From positions 1-42,034 of the forward strand of contig CAZHBV010000001.1 in assembly GCA_964530855.1 (NCBI GenBank): DNA of 42,034 nt, in the 5' to 3' direction. The notes below the pieces were generated by a model. That model did not search any database. It had not been told where the DNA came from and saw only the letters and a program-made list of their open reading frames with translations. The position numbers and the translations under genes are program-made. Positions 7,615-15,026 of the stretch are shown piece by piece. Origin of the DNA: an uncultured Candidatus Saccharibacteria bacterium. Lineage in GTDB: Bacteria > Patescibacteriota > Minisyncoccia > Minisyncoccales > PEYH01. How positions within the stretch are numbered: the stretch's first letter is position 1; the number at the start of each line of letters is the position of its first letter.

Positions 7615-8333
7615 AAATTTTGGCGGACGGGACTACAGGGGCGGGCCATAATAAATAAATTACTCTCTTTTTTGGACCTTTTTAAGATTTTTGCTTCTAA
7701 AACTCTAAACCCTGCTTTTTCTAAGGTATTTTTTAATGAGTTTAAAGTAAAAACATGAAGATATCTTTGTATTATAATATTGCCTTTTGAATCTTTCCAT
7801 GGCAGAAATATATCAAAAAAACCTAATTTTGATTTACCAATGAGTTTAAATATTGTATATTTTAAAAGAAGCCATTTAACTCTCTTTTTTGGTAAAAGAT
7901 TCCATACAGTAAGAATCAAGGTACCGTCTTTTTTAAGCACTCTTTTTATCTCTTTTAAAAATTGCATTCTGTACTTAAAAGAAGGAATGTGATGAAAAAC
8001 AGAAAGGCAAAAAACTTTATCAAAAAAATGATCTTGAAATGGTAAAGATAAGGGGGAGGTGAGAAAGAATTTGCCCTGGGGATAGTTTTTTTTCGCAATC
8101 TCTATCATTTTTGAGGATACATCCGCCCCAAAATATTCAGCATCGTTTTTGATCTCAAAAAGTCGCCCATTTCCACAGCCGAGATCTAAAATTTTCTCAC
8201 CCTTTTTTATAAACTTTTTCAAATATAGGACATCCTTCGGAATATAACTTCTTGTTCTTGAAAAATGATTAGTAATCTTATTATAATCCTCCTTTGTTTT
8301 TTCTAATAAAAATTGAGCGTATTCCTCTTTCAT
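7605..8333 (-). CDS. Class I SAM-dependent methyltransferase, Trm9/ALKBH8-MT-like (candidate tRNA U34 carboxymethyl methyltransferase)
   Basis: YNKITNHFSRTRSYIPKDV...ILDLGCGNGR (Trm9 has the HFSxTR...D-GCGNG pattern), SVFHHIPS, TLILTVW, and DIFLPW...RYLHVFTLNSL...AGF (Trm9-like DVFVPW...RYYH.F). The last 10 nt overlap the 5' end of the tRNA. Confidence 0.6.
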   Translation of the reverse strand: MKEEYAQFLLEKTKEDYNKITNHFSRTRSYIPKDVLYLKKFIKKGEKILDLGCGNGRLFEIKNDAEYFGADVSSKMIEIAKKNYPQGKFFLTSPLSLPFQDHFFDKVFCLSVFHHIPSFKYRMQFLKEIKRVLKKDGTLILTVWNLLPKKRVKWLLLKYTIFKLIGKSKLGFFDIFLPWKDSKGNIIIQRYLHVFTLNSLKNTLEKAGFRVLEAKILKRSKKESNLFIMARPCSPVRQNLPP

Positions 8334-9969
8334 GCAACCAGCTGAAATTTTAATTTTAAAACTTAAAAAAGCAGCAAAGAAAGACAGAAAAACTTTAGAA
8401 AAACTGAAAAGAGAAATTGCAGCGGATTTTTCAATTGATTTCCTATCAAATTCTTTGTTATTAAAAGCTTACCATAAGTTATTAAAAGAAAAAAGAATAG
8501 AAAGAGATAGAAATTTAGAGGAGCTTTTAAAAATCAAAAAAATCAGATCTCTTTCTGGTATCGTAATTGTTTCTGTTTTAACAAAACCCTACCCTTGTCC
8601 AGGTAAATGCTTGTATTGCCCTTATCAGAAAGGCATTCCAAAGAGTTATGTAAAAGGTGAACCTGCAGTTGATAGAGCAATGTCTTTAAAATATAATCCA
8701 TATTTACAGGTTCAAAAAAGACTAAAAACTTTAGAAGAAATCGGACATTCTATAGATAAAATTGATTTAAGAATTATAGGTGGAACATGGTCTTATTATC
8801 CAAAAAAATATCAGACTTGGTTTATAAAAGAATGTTTTAGAGCAGCAAATGATTTTAAAAATTCCGAACTCCAAGAACCAAATTCCAAACAAATTCAAAA
8901 TTTCAAATTCAAAATTCAAAAAAGTGATTTAGAAAAAGAGCAAAAGAAAAACGAGAAGGCAAAGTGTAGGATTATTGGAATTACTATCGAGACAAGGCCT
9001 GATTTTATTGACGAAAAAGAAATAAAAAGATTACGACGGCTAGGAGTTACAAGAGTCGAACTAGGAGTTCAAAGCATTTACGATGATGTCTTAAAGCTAA
9101 ACCGTAGGGGTCATAAAGTAGAGGAAACAATTAAAGCAACAAAACTTTTAAAGGATGCTGGGTTTAAGATTTGCTATCAGATGATGCCAAATCTTTATGG
9201 TTCAAATCTAAAACGAGATTTAGAGATGTTTAAACAATTATTTAACGATCCACGATTTTGCCCAGACTATTTAAAAATTTATCCTTGTGCTTTATTAAAA
9301 GAGGCTCCGTTATATAAACTTTATAAAGAAGGTAAATACAAGCCATATTCCTTTAAAGAGATTCTGTGGCTTTTAAAAGAAATTAAAAAAGTGGTGCCTT
9401 ATTGGGTAAGAATCCAAAGAATTGTTAGAGATATTCCAGCTCAAGCAATAATTGAGGGACCTACCAAAATCTCTAACTTAAGGCAAATTATTCACCAAGA
9501 AATGCAAAAAGAAGGATGGCGGTGTAAGTGTATAAGATGTAGAGAGGTAAGAGAAAATTATGATCCAAAGGAAAAGATTTATTTATTCAGAGAGGATTAT
9601 TGGGCTCAAGAAGGCTATGAAATATTTTTAAGTTTTGAAAATAAAAAAAGGGCGAAACTATTTTCCCTTTTGAGGCTTAGAATTCCCTCTCAATATTTTA
9701 CAAGAGAAAAACACTTTCTTTCAGTGCTTGAGGAAGCAGCAATTATAAGAGAAGTTCATACTTATGGAAAACTTGTTTCTCTTTACCAGAAAGAAATCGC
9801 TCCTCAACATAGAGGTCTTGGCAAAAAACTAATAAAAGAAGCAGAAAAAATTGCAAAAGAAGAATTTGGGCTAAAAAAAATAGCCGTGATTGCAGGAGTT
9901 GGAGTGAGAGATTATTTTAGAAAACTTGGATATAAATTAAAAAACACCTACATGATTAAAATTTTTTAA
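8332..9969 (+). CDS. elp3: Elp3-type radical SAM / GNAT acetyltransferase (tRNA U34 cm5 modification enzyme homologue)
   Basis: 545 aa. Radical-SAM Cys cluster region PYPCPGKCLYCPYQKGIPKSYVKGEPA, TIM-barrel core IIGITIETRPD...RVELGVQSIYDDVL, and C-terminal GNAT (REVHTYGKLV...QHRGLGKKLIKEAEKIA). Confidence 0.85.
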   Translation: MQPAEILILKLKKAAKKDRKTLEKLKREIAADFSIDFLSNSLLLKAYHKLLKEKRIERDRNLEELLKIKKIRSLSGIVIVSVLTKPYPCPGKCLYCPYQKGIPKSYVKGEPAVDRAMSLKYNPYLQVQKRLKTLEEIGHSIDKIDLRIIGGTWSYYPKKYQTWFIKECFRAANDFKNSELQEPNSKQIQNFKFKIQKSDLEKEQKKNEKAKCRIIGITIETRPDFIDEKEIKRLRRLGVTRVELGVQSIYDDVLKLNRRGHKVEETIKATKLLKDAGFKICYQMMPNLYGSNLKRDLEMFKQLFNDPRFCPDYLKIYPCALLKEAPLYKLYKEGKYKPYSFKEILWLLKEIKKVVPYWVRIQRIVRDIPAQAIIEGPTKISNLRQIIHQEMQKEGWRCKCIRCREVRENYDPKEKIYLFREDYWAQEGYEIFLSFENKKRAKLFSLLRLRIPSQYFTREKHFLSVLEEAAIIREVHTYGKLVSLYQKEIAPQHRGLGKKLIKEAEKIAKEEFGLKKIAVIAGVGVRDYFRKLGYKLKNTYMIKIF

Positions 9970-9982
9970 TTTTTTAAAGATT

Positions 9983-9991
9983 TGTTATAAT
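9983..9991 (+). promoter_or_regulatory. Candidate extended -10 element (TGtTATAAT) upstream of the SPFH gene
   Basis: TG at 9983-9984 and TATAAT at 9986-9991, about 32 nt upstream of the ATG at 10024. I found no good -35. Confidence 0.3.
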
Positions 9992-10023
9992 GAAAAATTA
10001 GAATTAACAATTAAAAGAAAAAC

Positions 10024-10782
10024 ATGGCGGCGCTATTTTTTTGGCTTGTAATCATTTTAATCTTCTTCCTTCTCTCAGGATTAAAAGTAGTAAAGGAATA
10101 TGAAAGAGGAGTAATCTTAACTTTGGGAAAGTATACAAGCACAAGACAACCTGGATTGACTTGGATTTTTCCGGGTGTTCAACAAATGATAAAAGTGGAT
10201 TTGCGAATAACAACGGTTGATGTGCCAAGGCAGGAAGCAATTACAAAAGATAACGTTCCTGTAGGAATAAATGCAGTTGTATATTTTAGGGTACAAGTTC
10301 CAGAATATGCAGTTTTAAGAGTTAAAAACTATCGCTATGCTGTATCTCAATACGCTCTTGCGGCTTTAAGAGACATTGTCGGGGGAGTTGAACTTGATAC
10401 TCTTTTGGCAGAAAGAGAAAGAATCGCAACTGAAATTAAAAAAGTGGTCGACGCAGAAACTGATGCTTGGGGAATTGATGTAACTGCAATTAAAATGCAG
10501 GATATTGAATTGCCAGCAGGCATGAAAAGAGCAATGGCGGCCCAGGCTGAAGCAGAGAGAGAAAAAAGAGCAATTATTATTAAATCAGAGGGAGAAATAA
10601 AGGCTGCTGAAAATTTAAGCTCTGCAGCAGTAATTCTCTCTTCAACTCCTGGCGCTTTATCTCTAAGAACGCTTGAGACAATTGACAACCTTCAACCCGA
10701 TCCTTCAAAGACTGTAATCTTTGCTTTACCTGTAGAGATTTTAGAAGGGTTTAAAAAATTAGCGGGCAAGAACAATAAATAG
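10024..10782 (+). CDS. SPFH/Band 7 (stomatin/slipin-like) membrane protein
   Basis: N-terminal TM helix, then VVKEYERGVILTLGKYT...PGLTWIFP...VDVPRQEAITKDNVPV...AEAEREKRA, a canonical SPFH domain. Confidence 0.85.
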   Translation: MAALFFWLVIILIFFLLSGLKVVKEYERGVILTLGKYTSTRQPGLTWIFPGVQQMIKVDLRITTVDVPRQEAITKDNVPVGINAVVYFRVQVPEYAVLRVKNYRYAVSQYALAALRDIVGGVELDTLLAERERIATEIKKVVDAETDAWGIDVTAIKMQDIELPAGMKRAMAAQAEAEREKRAIIIKSEGEIKAAENLSSAAVILSSTPGALSLRTLETIDNLQPDPSKTVIFALPVEILEGFKKLAGKNNK

Positions 10783-11547
10783 CTATCTAATTTCCTTTAA
10801 AAATTCTCTTGCTAATTTTGCTGTTTCTTTTGAACTTTTATAAAAATTTCTCCAAACAACCACTATATCTACATCATTAAACACTGCTGTCTGTATTTCT
10901 TGAATTGTATCTCCTCCTGCTACTGATACCATAATATCATATTGGCTTTTAATTCTCTGAATCTCATAAAAAGGTAATTCTTTCTCGGGATTATAATCTT
11001 CCTCATCAACTCCTCTGTGTAAAATTACAACATCAGGTAATTGTTTTAACTCTCTTAAAATTGAAAGTGGGTATTCTACATTCATCATATCAATCATTGA
11101 ATCAAGTTCTAATTTTTTACATTCCTCAATGAAAGCATTTATTGTCTCTAAAGGCGCAGATCCCAGAACCGTTGCCGCGCTCGCTCCTCCCTCTTTTGCT
11201 AATCTAACCTCTGTTTTTCCTCGGTCCATACATTTTAAATCTGCAACAATATAAGGAGTTGATAAAACTCTTTGTGTTTTTTCTATTTCCTCTTCTTTTA
11301 TGGCTCGAAAAATATCTCTCCAGTCCCCTGTTCTCATTTCTTCTTGGGAATTTCCTAAAACTTTAGCGCTCCAAAAATTTCTGATTGCTCTAATTCCCTC
11401 AACCCCATAGTTTTTAATTAATGGGGTACCTGCTTCAATAATAATTCTCTTATCTAAAGGAAGCCGAGAGATTATATCTCTTGCTTCCTCTAAAGTGCTA
11501 TTTAGGGCAATTTGGAGATATTTTTGTTTTTTACTTAATTTTGCCAT
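10783..11547 (-). CDS. 3-hexulose-6-phosphate synthase-like / OMP-decarboxylase superfamily protein
   Basis: LQIALN, EAGTPLIK, IVADLKCMDRG, ILHRGVDEE and VAGGD follow the HPS/KGPDC motif order. A ~40-aa insert follows the EAGTP motif. Confidence 0.55.
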   Translation of the reverse strand: MAKLSKKQKYLQIALNSTLEEARDIISRLPLDKRIIIEAGTPLIKNYGVEGIRAIRNFWSAKVLGNSQEEMRTGDWRDIFRAIKEEEIEKTQRVLSTPYIVADLKCMDRGKTEVRLAKEGGASAATVLGSAPLETINAFIEECKKLELDSMIDMMNVEYPLSILRELKQLPDVVILHRGVDEEDYNPEKELPFYEIQRIKSQYDIMVSVAGGDTIQEIQTAVFNDVDIVVVWRNFYKSSKETAKLAREFLKEIR

Positions 11548-11581
11548 TTTAGTTTTTTAATTTTTTATTTTTAATTATTTT

Positions 11582-12451
11582 TCATATTAAAAATTTAACC
11601 ACTAAATATCCAAAAATTGTAAAAAATGAAATTGTAGGAAGAGCCGGCAGAGGTCTTCTTTTCTTTTGTGAAAGAAACAAGAAAAGTGTAAGTAAAATTC
11701 CAAAAACTGCAAAAACTGCTACAATTAAAGCATTTTTAATTCCAGCGGCCGGAATAAGAGAAGAGGCAAATATTAGAGGAAAAGCAATATCTCCTCCACC
11801 AAGAATTACAAATTCTTTACCAGGTCTGGCCTCCTTCAAAGAAATGCAAAAATTAGCAAGTCTGTTGGGAATTATTAATCCCATCATTGTGCCACTCTCA
11901 AGCATAGATTTTGCCATTTTCTGCATATGTTTTGTTTTATAAACAGCAATAAAATCATATATAGACAACAGGCCTAAAATTATTAAAAGAGTTTCTGGTT
12001 TAAAACTTAGCCCAAGCATCGCAGAAATACCTGCTAAACCCAATCCAATAAAAAGATTATGGTTTAAAAGGGTTGGATGTTTTGCTCGGCGATATATAAG
12101 CAAAGCGCAAGAAAGAAGCGGGAAAAGGTTTGTAAATAAAAAATTGTTTGGTAAGTAGGAAAAAAGTAAAAAGAAGGTAATCAAGGCCCCGTATGCTCCT
12201 GAGAAGAAATATAGTACTTGAAAAATTCTACCTTTTACTTTTTTAAGTTTTGGAAGGTAAGCAAGGAACAAAATTAGACAGGTACCAAAAAAGAAAAGAA
12301 ATACAAATTCGCCTATTGTTAAGGTGGGTACTTCAATTTCCTCCTGTATCATGATCTTCCAAGCTGTTTGAGCCATAAATAAACCTAGAGAAAAAATAGA
12401 AATCACAATTATCCCTTCTATTAAAAATGTTTGAAATGTGAGTTTTTCCAT
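11582..12451 (-). CDS. Presenilin / signal-peptide-peptidase family (A22) intramembrane aspartyl protease homologue
   Basis: 289 aa, polytopic. LLSIYDFIAVY (YD), VILGGGDIAFPLIF (GxGD) and RRPLPALPTISF (PAL) occur in the canonical order, each inside or next to a hydrophobic segment. Confidence 0.7.
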   Translation of the reverse strand: MEKLTFQTFLIEGIIVISIFSLGLFMAQTAWKIMIQEEIEVPTLTIGEFVFLFFFGTCLILFLAYLPKLKKVKGRIFQVLYFFSGAYGALITFFLLFSYLPNNFLFTNLFPLLSCALLIYRRAKHPTLLNHNLFIGLGLAGISAMLGLSFKPETLLIILGLLSIYDFIAVYKTKHMQKMAKSMLESGTMMGLIIPNRLANFCISLKEARPGKEFVILGGGDIAFPLIFASSLIPAAGIKNALIVAVFAVFGILLTLFLFLSQKKRRPLPALPTISFFTIFGYLVVKFLI

Positions 12452-12454
12452 ACT

Positions 12455-13699
12455 TTAAAATTCTCTAAGCCATGTTAATATTTTTTCAACTTCTTTTTTT
12501 ATATCATCTGCTCCCAAAATTATAATAGTGATTCTATGCGATTTCTGGCTATTTTTTAGATGAAATACAAATAATCCTGTTTTCCCAAAGCCGGGCACAA
12601 ACCCTGTTTTTCCTCCAATAAAATCCTCCTTTTTTGAAAAAATATTTTGGTTTTTGAGTTTTATATCTTTAAACTGGCCAGCAAAATCTACTAATTTACC
12701 TTTTGTAATATCGAACAGAGGAGGCCTGTTAAAAAGGATATATCTTGCTAAATAAAAAAGATCTTTTGCCGAGGCCTTGTTTTGAGTTAGATCGTCAAAT
12801 GATACAAATTCTGCCCCTTCCATCATAATCGCTTTTGTTTTTTCCTGGATTAAAGCCTTCGTTTTATCCTGACCCAAAAAATATGTTAGAACTATCATGG
12901 CCTCTTTTGACGATCCAACAAGCATAGGGTAAAGCAATTCTACAACTCCATATTTTTGACCTTCTTTTAATATTGAGTCTTCCTCTTTGGATAACATGGC
13001 CTTTGTAATTTTTACCTCTCTTCTTAAATCTACATTTTCTGCCACAACAGAAGCAACTAATAGATATGATAACTCTCCAATAGGATAAGGTGTAAGGTAA
13101 TCCCTCTCTAAAAGCACTCGGCCTGAATCTAAATCTGCCACAAGATAGCTTTTAGCAGAAAGGGAGATTGGATTGGAAATTTGAGGCTGGGGTGAAGTTT
13201 TGTTCTTTTGATCTATTACCAAAACCGGCATATTCTTTTTTGCAAAATTAAACACTGCTTTGGCAGAGCGATTGTCTAATCTTATGCATCCGCCAGAAAA
13301 TGACGATTTCAACTTCTTGCCGTTTTTATAATAAGGTTCACCATGGATATAGTATTTACCATAAAAATGAACACTATAGGGCATATATACATTGGAAATA
13401 TTAGAATAGCTGATTTTATGTTTCTTCAAAACATGATAAAGACCTGCTGGGGTTCCTCCCCAGAGATCAGGATTACCTTTGGCCAAGATATTAAAAGTAT
13501 CTTTTAAAGTCCCTCTTTCAAAAAGCGACAATTTATTTTCTTCCAAATTTATCTCTATAAAATCCTGCTTTTCTCTTATAAGGGCCTCCTCTTTAAAAGA
13601 AAAATCTGGCAATATAAGAGGGTGTGTTGAGATGTGGCTCTCTCCTAAAATATTTATGAATACCAAACCAGCTATGAGTAATTTCAACAAACTCCACAT
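12455..13699 (-). CDS. L,D-transpeptidase (YkuD) catalytic domain fused to a degenerate D-Ala-D-Ala carboxypeptidase (S11)-like domain
   Basis: The YkuD part has GTPAGLYHV...SVHFYGKYYIHGEP...SGGCIRL. The C-terminal part aligns to the S11 pattern, but the SxxK position reads PIGELSYLL (both Ser and Lys lost) while KTG is retained (GGKTGF). The track start is a TTG at 13705. An ATG lies at 13699. Confidence 0.7.
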   Translation of the reverse strand: MWSLLKLLIAGLVFINILGESHISTHPLILPDFSFKEEALIREKQDFIEINLEENKLSLFERGTLKDTFNILAKGNPDLWGGTPAGLYHVLKKHKISYSNISNVYMPYSVHFYGKYYIHGEPYYKNGKKLKSSFSGGCIRLDNRSAKAVFNFAKKNMPVLVIDQKNKTSPQPQISNPISLSAKSYLVADLDSGRVLLERDYLTPYPIGELSYLLVASVVAENVDLRREVKITKAMLSKEEDSILKEGQKYGVVELLYPMLVGSSKEAMIVLTYFLGQDKTKALIQEKTKAIMMEGAEFVSFDDLTQNKASAKDLFYLARYILFNRPPLFDITKGKLVDFAGQFKDIKLKNQNIFSKKEDFIGGKTGFVPGFGKTGLFVFHLKNSQKSHRITIIILGADDIKKEVEKILTWLREF

Positions 13700-13817
13700 A
13701 ATCAAGTTTTTTTCTTTTTCCAGGCCTCTCTACATTTTTGAATTATAAACCTTGAAGGGGTACGATATGTTAGTTTTCTTCTTTTTGCTCTTTTTCGAGT
13801 CTTTTTGTAAGTTGCTT

Positions 13818-14972
13818 TCATAATAAAACTGTATCGAGTAACCTTCTTCTTGCTGCTTCTTTCTCCTTTAGCGAAATTTTGGCTTTTTGAATAGCTTTTT
13901 CTACAATCTCGATTGTTTTATCATAAGTTGGCCTAGATACAGGATAAGGAGTGCCATCTTTGCCTCCATGAGCAAAAGAAAATCTCGCTGGATCTTCATA
14001 AGAAGGTTTTTTGCCATATATTAACTCCGCCACCAAAGTTAAAGCCCTCAAAGTTTTTGGACCTACTCCTTTAATTCTAACCAATTCCTCGAAAGTTTTT
14101 GGTTTTAGAAAATGGGCTGCTTCAATTGTTTTTCTTAGCCTTCTTAAATCAAATTTCTCTTGTAATACTGGGTGCCAATGAAACTCTACGTCCTTTAGGC
14201 TCATTAAAGTAAGCTGTCCGATTTGTTGTTTTTTAATTAAAGAGGTGGAATGTTTCTGAAGAGAAGAAAAATTTCTTAAAAAAGTTTTTGGTTCTTCCCT
14301 CACCATTTCTGTACAAATTTCTCTTGTTTCTTTGCTTTTTTTAGCAATCAAATTTAAGGGTTTCACCTTTCTTTGAGTTGCAATACCTGAATGTGGTTCT
14401 TCTGTGAAATCTTTTACCTTATCTGATAACCAATGATATCTTCTTGCGGTTGCATTTTTATCATTTAATCCTTGTTGAATTACTACCCATTTTCCGCTAT
14501 GAGTAAAAACTAAATTATGATGATATAAAGTATAGCCATCTTGTAGCGCAGAATTGTCAATTTTTGCAGAAATTTTTGAGGCATAAATTAAACTTTCAAT
14601 CCTCTTCTGATCCAATCCTATCACTTCTCCCCATCGTTTAATTTGCTCTGGTGTTTTTAAAGAAGTTTTTCCTTTCCCTCCACAAACAAAAATTCCCAAA
14701 TTTTTTTCAATCCCTCGTATTCCTCCTTTCAAAGCTGCTAAAGTTAAAGTAGTCAATCCTGACGAATTCCAATCAAAGGCAATAACACAACCCAAACTTT
14801 GAAACCAAACAGGATCTGAAATCCTTCTTAAAAATTCTTCTTCTCCAAACTCCTCAACAATGGCAATTAAAATTGCCCTAGACAATTTTTTCATTCTTTC
14901 AAAAAGCCAAGGAGGGCAATGTCCTGTATCTAATGGAAGTGTAGCAATTCCTGTTCTCATTAATTTAATCAT
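13818..14972 (-). CDS. DUF763 family protein (with a C-terminal helix-hairpin-helix)
   Basis: RTGIATLPLDTGHCPPWLFERMKKLSRAI matches my memory of the DUF763 N-terminus. LVRIKGVGPKTLRALTLVAELIYG is an HhH motif. Confidence 0.55.
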   Translation of the reverse strand: MIKLMRTGIATLPLDTGHCPPWLFERMKKLSRAILIAIVEEFGEEEFLRRISDPVWFQSLGCVIAFDWNSSGLTTLTLAALKGGIRGIEKNLGIFVCGGKGKTSLKTPEQIKRWGEVIGLDQKRIESLIYASKISAKIDNSALQDGYTLYHHNLVFTHSGKWVVIQQGLNDKNATARRYHWLSDKVKDFTEEPHSGIATQRKVKPLNLIAKKSKETREICTEMVREEPKTFLRNFSSLQKHSTSLIKKQQIGQLTLMSLKDVEFHWHPVLQEKFDLRRLRKTIEAAHFLKPKTFEELVRIKGVGPKTLRALTLVAELIYGKKPSYEDPARFSFAHGGKDGTPYPVSRPTYDKTIEIVEKAIQKAKISLKEKEAARRRLLDTVLL

Positions 14973-14973
14973 A

Positions 14974-14998
14974 ACAAAAAGCTGGCTTTTCAGCCAGC
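14974..14998 (-). terminator. Rho-independent terminator after the NIF3-like gene
   Basis: On the minus strand: GCTGGCT GAAA AGCCAGC followed by TTTTT (stem arms at 14981-14987 and 14992-14998). Confidence 0.7.
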
Positions 14999-15026
14999 GC
15001 CAATAAATAAGTTCGCAGCAAAGAGT

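Noticed and set aside
10052-10688. Minus-strand ORFs 10052-10240 and 10347-10688
   Set aside because: They are antisense shadows of the well-supported, GC-richer SPFH gene.
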